64,000 nt of DNA from Squalus acanthias. Taxonomy: Eukaryota. The notes below the pieces were generated by a model. It did not search any database and was not told the origin of the DNA. It saw only the letters and a list, made by a program, of their open reading frames with translations. The stretch covers positions 91,576,001 through 91,640,000 of the forward strand of contig CM059432.1 in assembly GCA_030390025.1 (NCBI GenBank), written 5' to 3'. Made by a program: the position numbers and the translations under genes. Positions 34,225-46,467 of this stretch are shown one piece after another; the first letter of the stretch is position 1; every line of letters starts with the position of its first letter.

Positions 34225-36000
34225 GGACGGTGCTGAATAGGATATATTTTGGATAATCTGAAGTAAACTGAAGGTGGAGGATGGGAGATTGGCTGGGAGA
34301 GCATTGGAATAGTCGAGGCTGGAGATGACAAAGGCATGGAGGAGGATTTCAGTGGCAGATGAACTGAGATGGGGCAGAGGCGGGTGATATTATGTAGGTG
34401 AATGTAGGTGGCCTTTATGATGGAGTGGGCGTGATGTTAGGAGCTCAGTTGGGGTTGAATAGGACACTGAGGTTACAAACAGTCTAGTTCAGCCTTAGAC
34501 AGTGAGTGAGGAAGGAGGTTGAATTGTTGACAAGTGTATGGAATTTGTGGCAGGGGCCAAGATCATAGCTTTGATCTTTCCAACATATAACAGGAGGTGA
34601 TTGCAGCTCATCCAAGATTGGATGTCGGACCAGCATTCTGACAACACAGAGGCAGTGGAGGGGTTGAGAGAGGTCATGGAGAGGTAGAGCTGGATATTAT
34701 CAACATACATGTGGAAACTGACCATGTATTTAAAGATGATGGGGGTAAAATATCCTAGACTCAACCATCTTCAGCTGCTTCATCAATGACTTTCCCTCCA
34801 ACATAAGGTCAGAAATGGGGATGCTCGCTGATGACTGCACAGTGTTCAGCGCCATTCACAACTCCTCAGATAATGAAGCAGTCCATGCCCGCATGCAACA
34901 CGACCTGGACAACTTTCAGGCTTGGGCTGATAAGTGGCAGCTAACATTCGCGCTACACAAGTGCCAGGCAATGACTATTTCTAACAAGCAAGAGTCTAAC
35001 CATCGCCCCTTGACATTCAATGGCATTACCATCGCCGAATCCCCCACCATCAACATCCTGGGGGTCACCATTGACCAGAAACTTAACTGGACCAGCCACA
35101 TAAATAATGTGGCAACAAGAGCAGGTCAGAGGCTAGGTATTCTGCAGTGTGTGTCTCACCTCCTGACTCCCCAAAGCCTTTCCACCATCTACAAGGCACA
35201 AGTAAGAAGTGTGATGGAATACTCTCCACTTGCCTGGATGAGTGCAGCTCCATCAACACTCAAGAAGCTCAACACCATCCAAGACAAAGCAGCACACTTG
35301 ATTGGCAGCCCATCCACCACCTTAAACATTCACTCCCTCCACCACCGGCGTACTATGGCTGCAGTGTGTACCATCTACAAGATGCACAGCAGCAACTCGC
35401 CAAAGCTTCTTCGGCAGCACCTCCCAAACCCGCGACCTCTTCCACCTAGAAGGACAAGGGCAGCAGGCGCATGGGAACACCACCACCTCCATGTTCCTCT
35501 CCAAGTCACGGACCATGGTTTGCTGGGCAAGGGGAAAGGGGGGAAGCAGGAGAGACAGCTGAACAGATGCTATAAATCATAGCAAGAAGAGGTTCATGAG
35601 CTCCTTGCACTTGTTGTTGGAGGTGAGGGTGGAGAGAGCTGAGGAAAGAGGATTAATGATCTGGTTGGTAGTGAAGAAAACAAGCCAGTTATCTTTGCTT
35701 CAGGATGATCCTGGAGTAGAGGGCAGTTTTGGCAAAGGAGAGCGAGGCCCTTTAGCACTGGATGTGGTGCAGCCAGATTTAGTGACAGATGGCTATGCCA
35801 GATATATTCAAATTTGTGGCCCTTGGATGAGGGAGCAAAGACGGGGGCCAAACCAGGGGGAATCATCAGGATGGGAAAGAGTAAAGGTGTTGCTGACAAC
35901 AAGGGCATCGTAGAATGTGTGGGTTTGTTCTATCAGTGCACCGTTCCAGAATTGGCCCTTCAATCCATGGAGGAGCAGTGTGCTAGAAATGGGGCAAGAA
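34225..36000 (-). mobile_element. Old L2 LINE fragments, interrupted by the LINE at 34763-35510
   Basis: SFHMYVDNIQLYLS...WMSCNHLLL on the minus strand; further L2-like sequence at 35515-36000. Confidence 0.65.
34763..35510 (+). mobile_element. Young CR1/L2-group LINE (Zenon/Daphne-like), RT C-terminal fragment
   Basis: ADDCTVF, LSTIYKAQVRSVMEYSPLAW, IHSLHHRR; near-identical to other copies in the window. Confidence 0.85.
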
Positions 36001-36804
36001 CATGAGAATATCATAAATCTTAAAAGTTTTCTGCACCATTTACACTTGCGATGCACTAAGACATTGAAAAACTGCTCTAACCCTTTAGTCACTTTTATGG
36101 GCTGGATGGGTGTATCAATTTCTGGCTTTTGCACCAGATATTCTCTCACCGCGGTTCAGCGTAACTGATCATTCCTGTAAGCAGATCTCACATCCCCACA
36201 ATCTGTCGTGCACCATTTACTGCCCAATATCTAGTTACAGAATAGCGTGACCTAAGGATTGTAAAATAGAACCCTATTCTGCACACTGGCTACGGAACTG
36301 TCTCACGTGTTGCCACGTGAATTATCCTCTCTTTACAGAAGTTGGACTGGAAAGCACTCTATCCAAACAGGTACAGCTTCAAACAATGTACTGGTTTATT
36401 TTACATGAAATGCGTGAATGAACCATATACAGCTTTCACAGTGAGAACATCAATTTCCTATACTTCTGAATTAAAATAATAAAAACACCACCCTACTATC
36501 TCTCAGGGAGATGGCCCAATTTTCTAGCTAAGCTAGAGCACAGATCACCCACTGTTTCTGAGAGAGAGATAAAGCGGCCTTCGCCTTTAGTTTGTGTAAT
36601 AGGTTTGGCCTATTACAGGAAATGCCTCCTGTACAAGGCTCACAAATTTCTGCTCCGTGCATAGCCCCTAGCTATGTGAGTGTAAGGAAACAATTCCTGG
36701 TCTCTTATGTGGCGCAAGAGCACTCTCTACTCACAATGGTAGAAAATGCTTGTGGTTATACATAACAACTTTGTTTACCAATTGGCACTCTAAAACCACT
36801 CCTT

Positions 36805-37413
36805 TCTAGAGGAATAGAATTGAAAAGCAGAGAAGTTATGTTAAACTTGTATAGCACCTTGGTTAGATCACACTTGGCGTACCATGAACTGTTCTGGTCT
36901 CCATATTATAAAAAGGATATAGAGGCATTGGAAAAGGTGCAAAAAAGATTTACTAGAATTATACCAGAACTGAGGGGTTATACCTATCAGGAAAGATTGA
37001 ACAGGCTGGGGTTTTTTTCTTTAGAAAAAAGACTGAGGGGTGATCTGACAGAGGGTTTCAGGATTATGAAAGGGTTTGATAGGGTAGACAGGGAGAAGAT
37101 GTTTCCACTTGCAGGCGAGACCAGAACTAGGGGCCATAAATATAAGATAGTCACTAATAAATCCAATAGGGAATCCAGGAGAAACATCTTTACCCAGGGA
37201 GTGGTTAGAATGTGGAACTCGCTACCACAAGGAGTAGTACAGGCGAATAGCATAGATGCATTCAATGGGAAGCTAGATAATCACATGAGGGAGAAAGGTA
37301 TAGAAGGATATGTTGATAGGGTTAGATAAAGAGGAGTGGGAGGAGGGTTGTGTGGAGCATAAACACTGGCATGGACTGTTTCTGTGTGGTAAATACTTTG
37401 TAATACTTTGTAA
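36805..37413 (+). mobile_element. CR1 LINE 3' fragment
   Basis: ORF 36820-37329; ATACTTTGTA tail repeats. Confidence 0.88.
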
Positions 37414-37607
37414 CCTGTGGTAACCAACCTGGCTCCAAACTGATAGCTGATTGTTGAGAACAAATGCTGAATTTAACATGGTAAAATATTAGAGTAATTT
37501 TTCAAATTTAGCAGTGGCACAAAAAAAGGCGTTAATGGATCAGACACCCATTATACACCCTGTCCGAGGCTCCTTTCCACTGAAGACCAGTGAAAATCCA
37601 CCCCATT

Positions 37608-38670
37608 GTCTTCAACAAGCAAGCGTCTAACCACCTCCCCTTGACATTCAAAGGCATTACCATCACCGAATCCCGCCCCCCCCCGCCCGCCATCAACATC
37701 CTGGGGGTCACCATTGACCAGAAACTTAACTGGACCAGCCACATAAATACTGTGGCTACAAGAGCAGGTCAGAGGCTGGGTATTCATAAGAACATAAGAA
37801 ATAGGAGCAGGAATAGGCCACTTGACCCCTCGAGCCTGCTCCGCCATTCAATAAGATCATGGCTGATCTTGGGCTCAAGGCCACTTCCCCGCCGTCTCCC
37901 CATAACCCTTCACTCTCTTATCTTGCAAAAATTTGTCTATCTCCACCTTAAATATATTTAATGACCCAGCCTCCACAGCTCTCTGGGGCAGAGAATTCCA
38001 CAGATTTACGACCCTCTGAGAGAAGAAATTCCTCCTCATCTCAGTTCCAAGAGGGCGACCCTTTACTCTAAAACTGTGGCCCCGGAGAGTGTCTCACCTC
38101 CTGACTCCCCAAAGCCTTTCCACCATCTACAAGGCACAAGTAAGGAGTGTGATGGAATACTCTCCACTTGCCTGGATGAGTGCAGCTCCAACAACACTCA
38201 AGAAGCTCCACACCATCCAGGACAAAGCAGCCCGCTTGATTGGCACCCCATCCACCACCTTAAACATTCACTCCCTCCACCACCGGCGTACCATGGCTGC
38301 AGTGTGTACCATCTACAAGATGCACTGCAGCAACTCGCCAAGACTTCTTCGGCAGCACCTTCCAAACCCGCGACCTCTTCCACCTAGAAGGACAAGGGCA
38401 GCAGGCGCATGGGAACGCCACCACCTCCAATTTCCCCTCCAAGTCACACACCATCCTGACTGAGAAGTATATCACCGATCCTTCATCGTCGCTGGGTCAA
38501 AATCCTGGAACTCCCTACCTAACAGCACTGTGGGAGTACCTTCAACACATGGACTACAGCGGTTCAAGAAGGCGGCTCACCACCACCTTCTCAAGGGCAA
38601 TTAGGGATGGGCAATAAATGCTGGCCTTGCCAGTGACGTCCACATCCCATAAACAAATTTAAAAAAAAAA
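37608..38670 (+). mobile_element. Same young LINE family, 3' end complete, with a nested minus-strand CR1 3' fragment (~37786-38083)
   Basis: Host ORF is interrupted at RLGI|. Insert begins with CR1 tail ATAAGAACATAAGAA. Host ends with AATAAATGCTGGCC and poly(A). Confidence 0.88.
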
Positions 38671-39319
38671 TCCAATTCCAACAATTGTTACGTTAATCTA
38701 AAATGAATATTATGTTTTGAAAATAACACTCGAATTGAGATTACATGGAATTATTGTTTACAATGACATATCTTCTGATGTAAGACTTAAAAAATGTTTC
38801 AGCAATATAAAAATTGCAGCTCAGAAACAATTTTGTATATCTACCAGCTACGTTAGAAATGAAATTTGCAAAGTTTGAAAAATTTGCCTTTAAAGGCCAC
38901 TTTATAAACTATCAAACTGTCAAATTTTGTTTTATAACACTCCTGTGAAGCGTCTTGGGATGTTTTACTATGTTAAAGGCACTATATAAATACAAGTTGT
39001 TGTTGTTGTTATCAAAATACATATAGAAGGCCAGTAATCCATCTTTGCTAATCCATCCAGAAAGTCCCTACAGTTCGCCCCACTCCCATAACAGCAACAA
39101 ATTGTTTCTTAAATCAATCCAGGGTTCTTGACTCCATCAACCTATCCAAAAATATGTTGTCCATTCTGTGTGACAAACAGCTTTCTGACATCAGTCCTAA
39201 ATTTGCCTTCTACTAGTTTGAGTCTTGTAGTTCTGTTCCAGGTCAAATCAAAGATGGAGTCCAAACTAGTTTGAAACTTTTAACGCAAACTCATTGGGGT
39301 TCATTTTAACCATCATTTG

Positions 39320-39790
39320 AAGATGGTTCCAAATGCTTCAGCACTCACGCGCTGGGCTCCGCCATCATTGAGGATGGGGGTGTTCATGGAGCCTCCTCTT
39401 CCTGTTAGTTGTTTAATTGTCGTCCACCATTCACGACTGGATATGGAAGGACTGCAGAGTTTTTATCTGATCCGTTGGTTATGGGATCACTTAACTTTAT
39501 CTATAGCATGCTGTTTCCACTGTTTTAGCTTCACCAGATTGGCACTTCAGTTTTAGGTACGCCTGTTGCTGCTCCTCTTCTACACTCCTCATTGAACCAG
39601 GGTTGGTCTCCTGGGTTGATGGTCATGGTAGAGTGAGGGATATGCCAGGCCATGAGGTTACTGATTGTGGTGGAATACACAGCGCCTCATGGATGCCCAG
39701 TTTTAAGCTGCTAAATCTGTTCTGAATCTATCCCATTTAGCACGGTGGTAGTGACACAAAACATGATGGAGGGTGTCCTCAGAGTGAAGA
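39320..39790 (-). mobile_element. LINE endonuclease-region fragment
   Basis: Degenerate minus-strand coding sequence of LINE ORF2 character (CHYHRAKWDRFRTDL). Confidence 0.55.
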
Positions 39791-39804
39791 CATGACTGGA
39801 CTGA

Positions 39805-39920
39805 ACTGAACTTAAATTCCCCAGCTGCGGTGGTGGGATTTAAACTCACGTCCACTGGATCATTAGTCCAGGCCTCTAGATTACTAGTCCAGTAACATAA
39901 CCACTATGCTACCGTACCCC
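39805..39920 (-). mobile_element. tRNA-SINE head, same family as 1847
   Basis: Reverse complement reads GGGGTACGGTAGCATAGTGGTTATGTTACTGGACTAGTAATC. Confidence 0.8.
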
Positions 39921-40114
39921 CATTCCTTTGTTAGGACTTCTACCTGACAGCACACCAGAACTTACACAACACAGGGTACAGTAACAAAGAGCTAACATAC
40001 TACAGAATTCACAGGGTTTTTGGAGCACTAACTTTATTCAATTAAACTGTTCATTCCATTTGAAGGTGGTCATACAGCAATTTTTTTTAAATTCATGTTC
40101 AACTCTTTTATAAT

Positions 40115-40526
40115 TGTTGATGTCTTTGTTACCTCTAGACTTGACTATTCCAATTCTCTCCTGGCCGACCTCTCAACTTCCACCCTCCATAAATTTGATT
40201 TCATCCAAAACTCTGCTGTCTGTATCCTAACTCATATCAAGTCCCGTTCACCCATCACCCCTGTGCTTGCTGACCTACATTGGCTCCTTCTTTTCAAATC
40301 CCTCCATAGCCTCACCCCTCCCTATCACTGTAACCTCCTCCAGTCATACAACCCTCCGAGATCTTTGCGCTCCCCCGATTCTGGCCTCTTTCGCATCCCC
40401 AAATTTCTTCGCTCCACCATTAGCCGTGCCTTCAGCTGCCAAGGTCCTAGGCTCTGGAAATCCCTCCCTAATCCTCTCCGCCTCTCTATTCCTCTTTCCT
40501 CCTGAAAGACACTCCTTAAAACCTAC
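40115..40526 (+). mobile_element. L2 LINE 3' fragment
   Basis: FVTSRLDYSNSLL, IQNSA, PITPVLADLHWL. Confidence 0.85.
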
Positions 40527-40579
40527 TGTTGGATAATTCCTTCCTTATCTTTTAAATAGATTTTTACAACTAGAGACAG

Positions 40580-42293
40580 TCCTAACCGTCTCCTTTTCAC
40601 TATGGACGTCCAATCCCTCCACACCTCCATCCCCCACCAGGATGGCCTGAGGGTGCTCCGCTTCTTCCTTGAACGGAGACCCAACCAGACCCCATCCACC
40701 ACCACCCTCCTCCGCCAAGTTGAACTTGTTCTCACATTGAACAACTTCTCCTTCGACTCCACTCACTTCTTCCAAATAAAAGGTGTTGCTATGGGAACCC
40801 GTATGGGTCCTAGCTATGCCTGCCTTTTCGTGGGATATGTAGAACATTCTTTGTTCCAGTTCTACTCAGGTCCCCTCCCTCACCTCTTTTTCCCTGTACA
40901 TTGATGACTGTATCGGTGCCGTTTCCTGCTCTCGCCCTGAACTGGAAAATTTCATTTACTTTGCTTCCAATTTCCACCCTTCCCTTGCCTTCACATGGTC
41001 CATCTCCGACTCTTCTCTTCCCTTCCTCGACTTCTCTGTCTCCATTTCTGGGGATAGGCTATCGAACAATATCCACTATAAGCCCACTGACTCCCACAGC
41101 TACCTTGACTATACTTCCTCCCATCCCGCTTCCTGTAAGGACTTTATTCCATTCTCCCAGTTTCTCCGCCTCTGTCGCATCTGTTCCAACGATGCCACCT
41201 TCGATACCAGTGCTTCTAATATGTCTTCCTTTTTCTTTAACCGAGGATTCCCCTCCACTGTGGTCGTTAGGGCCCTTGTTCCATTTCCCGCACTTCTGCC
41301 CTCACCCCTTCCCCTCCCTCCCAGAACCACAATAGGGTTCCCCTTGTCCTCACCTTCCAGCTCACCAGCCTTCACATTCAACAGATCATTATCCGCCATT
41401 TTCGCCACCTCCAGCGTGATCCCACCACCAAACACATCTTCCCCTCCCCTTTCAGCATTCCAAAGGGACCGTTCCTTACACAACACCCTCGTCCACTCTT
41501 CTATCACCCCCAACACTCCGTCCCCTTCCCACAGCACCTTCCCGTGCAAGCACAGGAGATGCAACACCTGCTCTTTTACCTCCTCCCTTCCCACCGTCCA
41601 GGACCCCAAACACTCCTTCCAGGTGAAACAGTGATTTACTTGTACTTCTTTCAATTTAGTATACTGTATTCGCTGCTCACGATGCGGTCTCCTCTACATT
41701 GGGGAGACCAAGTGCAGATTGGGTGACCGCTTTGCGGAACACCTCCGTTCAATACGCAAGCGTGACCCCGAGCTTCCGGTCGCCTGTCATTTTAATTCTT
41801 CGGACCACTCCCACTCTGATCCCTCTGTCCTTGGCCTCCTACACTGTTCCAATGAAGCTCAACATAAGCTCGAGGAACAGCTATTTGGCACTTTACAGCC
41901 TTCCGGACTCAATATTGAATTCAACAATTTCAGACCATAACCTCTGCCCCCATTTTTCTGCACAGCAGCTGTTGGTGATGATTCTGTTATTCCTATTTAC
42001 ACCTCCTCTAGACCCATCTTTTGTTTCTTTACTTTTCCCATTACCACCCCCTTTTGCCTTGCACCACCTTTTGGCATTTAATCTCTCCTGCCTTCCACCC
42101 TAGCACAGACCTTCCCTTTTGTTCTTTCCTTCCCGCCCCCCTTTCCCTGCCCCTACACTTGCTTAAAACCTGTTACATCTCCAACCTTTTCCAGATCTGA
42201 CGAAAGGTCATCGACCTGAAACGTTAACTCTGTTTCTCTCTCCACAGATGCTGCCTGACCTGCTGAGTATTTCCAGCATCTTCTGTTTTTATT
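40580..42293 (+). mobile_element. Second Penelope-like element (different family), degenerate RT plus GIY-YIG and 3' pLTR
   Basis: TMDVQSLHTSI, KGVAMGTRMGPSYA, YIDD, VYCIRCSRCGLLYIGET, GLNIEF; pyrimidine-rich 3' region followed by a hammerhead. Confidence 0.9.
42193..42229 (+). ncRNA. Minimal type I hammerhead ribozyme motif
   Basis: AGAU-CUGACGA-A-AGGUC auc GACCU-GAAA-CGUU-AACU: perfect stem II, palindromic ACGU stem III, one mismatch in stem I. Confidence 0.7.
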
Positions 42294-43679
42294 ATAGCAT
42301 AATTTCCTTGCTTTTGTACTCTATTTCTCTATTAATAAACCCAAGGATCCCATATTCTCTTTTAACAGTCTTCTTAATTTGTCCTGCCACCTTCAAAGAT
42401 TTGTGTACATACACCCCCAGGTCTCTCTGTTCCTGCACCCCCTTTAAAATTGTACCATTTAGTTCATATTGTCTCTCCTCATTCTTCCTGCCAAAATGTA
42501 TCACTTCACACTTTTCTGTGTTAAATCTCATCTGTCATGTGTGTGCCTATTTCACCAGTCTGTCTAGGTCCTCCTGAAGTCTGTTACTATCCTCCTCATT
42601 ATTTACTACATTTCTGAGTTTTGTATCATCTGAAAACTTTAAAATTATGCCCTGTATACCCAAGTCCAGGTCATTAATATATATCAAAAAGAACAGTGGG
42701 GAACACCACTGTATAATTTCCTTCAGTCTGAAAAACAACAGTTCACCACTAATCTCTGCTTTCCATCCCTTAGTCAATTTTGTATCCATGCTACCACTAT
42801 CCCTTAAATCCCATGGACTTTAATTTTGCTAACAATTCTATTGTGTGGTACTTTGTCAAAAGCCTTTTGAAAGTCCATATACACAACATTAACCGCACCA
42901 CCCTCATCAGCCTGCTCCGTTACTTCATCAAAGAACTTGATCAAGTTAGTCAAACACAATTTGCCTTTAACAAATCCATGTTGACTTTCATTTATTAGCC
43001 CATACTTTTCCAAATGCCAATTAATTTGTCCCAGATTATTGACTCTAAAAGTTTCCCCACAACCGACATCAGGCTGACTGGCCAGTAGTTGTCGAGTTTA
43101 ACTCTTTCTCTTTTTTAAACAGGGGTGAAGCATTTGCAATCCTCCAGTCCTCTGGCACCACCCCTATATCTAAGGAGGATTGGAAGATTGTGGCCAGAGC
43201 CACTGTAATTTCCACCCTTGCTTCCCTCCGTAACCTAGGATGCATCCCATCCGGACCGGTGAATTTTCTACTTTGAAGACTGCCAATCTTTTAAGTACAT
43301 CTTCTTTGTCTATTTTTATCTTATCCAATATCGCTACTGCTTCCTACTATGCTGCTACATTGACAGCATTCTCTTCTCTGGTGAAGACAGATGCAAATTA
43401 CTCATTTAGTACCTCAGCCATGCCCTCTGCCTCTACAAGAAAATCGCTTCTTTGGTCTCTAATTGGCCACACCCTTCCTTTGACTACCCTTTTACTATTT
43501 ATGTGTTTAGAAAAGATTTTTGAGTTCCCTTTTATGTTAGCCACTAATCTATTCTCATACTCTCTCATTGCCCCTCTTAGTCCCTTTTTTAGATCTTCTC
43601 TGTATTTTCTATATTCAGCTTGGTTCTCTCTTCTTCTTCTTAGGCAGTCCCTTGGAACCGAGGATAACTTGCTTCCACA

Positions 43680-45235
43680 TTAAAAATGAGTTTGCAGGTG
43701 ACTGATGAGTCCAATGCGGGACCTACAGTCTCTGTCACAGGTGGGGCAGACGGTGGTTGAAGGGGCAGGTGGGTGGGGTGCTTGGGTTGACGTGCGCTCC
43801 TTGCGCTTGGCTTCCGCTTGCTCCCGGCGAAGAGACTCGAGGTGTTCGCGCCTTCCCGGATGCTTCTCCTCCACTTTGTGTGGTCTTGGGCCAGGGATTC
43901 CCAGGTGTCGGTGGGGTTCCCAGGTGTCGGTGGGGATGTTACACTTTTTCAAGGAGGCTTTGAGTGTGTCCTTGAAGCGTTTCCTCTGCCCACCTGGGGC
44001 TCTCTTGCCGTGTCGGAGCTCCGAGTAGAGCGCTTGTTTTGGGAGTCTCGTATCGGGCATGCGGACAATGTGACCCGTCCATCGGAGCTGATCAAGCGTG
44101 GTCAAAGCTTCGATGCTGGGGATGTTGGCCTGAGCAAAAACACTGACGTTGGTGCGCCTATCCTGCCAATGGATTTGCAGGATCTTGCGGAGGCAGCGTT
44201 GATGGTACCTCTCCAGTGCTTTGAGGTGCCTGCTGTACATGGTCCATGTCTCTGAGGCATACAGCAGGGCGGGTATCACTGCTGCTCTGTAGACCATGAG
44301 CTTAGTGCCGGGTTTGAGGTCCTGGTCTTCAAACACTCTCTTCCTCAGGTGACCGAAGGCTGCACTGGCACACTGAAGGTGGTGTTGGACTTCGTCGTCG
44401 ACGTCTGCCCTTGTTGACAGTAGGCTCCCGAGGTATGGAAAGTGGTCCACGTTGTCCAAGGCCTTGTCGTGGATTTTGATAATCGGGGGGCAGTACTCTG
44501 TGGTGGGGGCAGGTTGGTAGAGGACCTTTGTCTTACGGATGTTTAGTGTAAGGCCCATGCTCTCGTACGCTTCGGTGAAGGTGTTGATGATGGTTTGGAG
44601 TTCGACCTCCGAGTGAGCGCAGACGCAAGCGTCGTCTGCATACTGTAATTCGACGACAGAGGATGGGACGACCTTGGATCTGGACTGGAGGCGATGGAGG
44701 TTGAACAGTTTCCCATTTGTTCTGTAAATTAGCTCCACTCCAGCGGGGAGCTTACTGAGGGTGAGATGGAGCATTGCAGCAAGGAAGATCGAGAAGAGCG
44801 TTGGTGCGATGACACAGCCTTGCTTGACCCCGGTTCGTACGTGAATTGGGTCTGTGGTGGAACCGTTGGTCAGGATCATGGCTTGCATGTCGTCGTGAAG
44901 CTGGCGGAGGATGGTGACAAACTTTTGAGGGCAGCCGAATTTGCGGAGGATACTCCATAATCCCTCACGGTTGACAGTGTCGAAGGCCTTTGTGAGATCA
45001 AAGAAGGCCATGTACAGCGGTTGGTGCTGTTCCCTGCATTTCTCTTGTAATTGACGTGCAGTGAAGATCATGTCCATTGTGCCCCTTAGTGGGCGGAATC
45101 CGCATTGTGACTCTGGGAGGAGCTCTTCGGCCACTGGGAGAAGGTGATTGAGGAGGATTCTTGTGATGACTTTCCCTGTGGCAGACAGCAGGGAAACTCC
45201 TCTGTAATTACCGCAATCGGACTTGTCACCTTTCT
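43680..45235 (-). CDS. RTE reverse transcriptase and C-terminal CCHH zinc finger (fragment)
   Basis: CGNYRGVSLL, PESQCGFR, FFDLTKAFDTV, GVKQGC, LQYADD, CPTCDRDCRSRIGLISHLQTH. Confidence 0.85.
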
Positions 45236-46467
45236 CAAACAATCCCTGTCCCGAGTCCCAATGGGCGACAAGCTGATCCTCCTTGGAGACTTTAACGCCA
45301 GAGTTGGAAAGGACACTGACCTCTGGGGAGGTGTGATCAGCAGAGAGGGGGTAGGGAAAGCCAACTCCAACGGTACCCTCCTCCTGTCAAAATGCTTAGA
45401 ACATGGCCTTGTCATAACCAACACCTTATTCCGTCAGAGAGACAAGTACAAGGCTTCATGGCAGCACCCTCGCTCCAAGCACTGGCACCTGCTGGACTAC
45501 ATCATCGTCCGAGCGAGGGACCGCAAGGACGTCCGCATCACCCGCGCTATGACAGGAGCTGACGACTGCTGGACAGACCACCGCCTAATCCGTTCTGTCA
45601 TCTCCATCAATGTAACCCCAAAACAGCGGCGGCAACAGAAACAATGCCGCAGGAAAATTAACACTGGAGCACTCAAAGACCCCGCTAAGAAAGCCCTATT
45701 CAGCCTGCGCCTCACAAACAACCTGACGACTCCCAGTGATGCAGAGACACAGAGTGCCCACAGCGCCTGGTCTGCACTCAAGGCCTCCATAATCAGCACC
45801 TGTGAAGAGACGCTCGGTCACTCGACCAGGAAACACCAAGACTGGTTCGACGAGAATGACCAGGAGATCCAGGAGCTAATAAGCCGCAAGCGCAAGGCAT
45901 TCCTGATCTGGAAACAGCAACAGAACTCGAGAGCAAGAAAGCAGCTCTACAGATGCCTGAAGGCTGAGGTCCAACAAAAAACTCGCGACCTAAAGAACAG
46001 ATGGTGGGTGGAGAAAGCGCAGGAGATCCAGCAGCTAGCCGACAACCACGACGTGCGTGGATTCTTTAGCGCAGTCAAGACCATCTGCGGCCCAAGCACC
46101 CAAGGCCCTACCCCACTGCGGGCCAAGAACGGAGTACTCATCAAGGACAGAGAGGCAGTCAGTGCCCGCTGGAAGGAGCACTTCGAAGATCTCCTTAACC
46201 ACGACTCTGTCTTCGACGCGAGTGTCCTCAACTCCATCCCGCAGCATGCTACCCGCCACCATCTCAGCACAACCCCAGCCCGGCATGAGGTTGAAAAGGC
46301 CATCCGACAACTGAAGAACAACAAGGCCTCAGGAGCAGATGGAATCCCCGCCGAGGCACTAAAGCATGGCGGAAAAGCACTACTGGCGCGAATTCATGAA
46401 CTAATTTCTCTTATATGAAAGGAGGAGAGCATGCCAGGGGATCTCAGAGACGCCGTAATTGTGACCA
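45234..46467 (+). pseudogene. RTE APE endonuclease C-terminal half and linker (inverted arm)
   Basis: LLGDFNARVG, HWHLLDYII, WTDHRL, KASGADGIPAE; one TGA in place of a Trp codon at 46416. Confidence 0.85.

Larger units (their letters stand above)
43630..46467 (-). mobile_element. RTE-clade LINE with 5' inversion (3' arm 43630-45235 on -, 5' arm 45234-46467 on +)
   Basis: 10-bp TSD TTGGTTCTCT (43620-43629 and 46468-46477), (GAA)n tail, RT on - and APE plus linker on +. Confidence 0.93.

Noticed and set aside
41632..41634. In-frame TGA in the Penelope ORF as selenocysteine
   Set aside because: It is not at a Cys position and is best explained as CGA>TGA decay in a copy with other lesions. No SECIS was recognised.
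43705..46324. Antisense and alternate-frame ORFs over the RTE
   Set aside because: Shadow frames of GC-rich coding sequence with no recognisable motifs.
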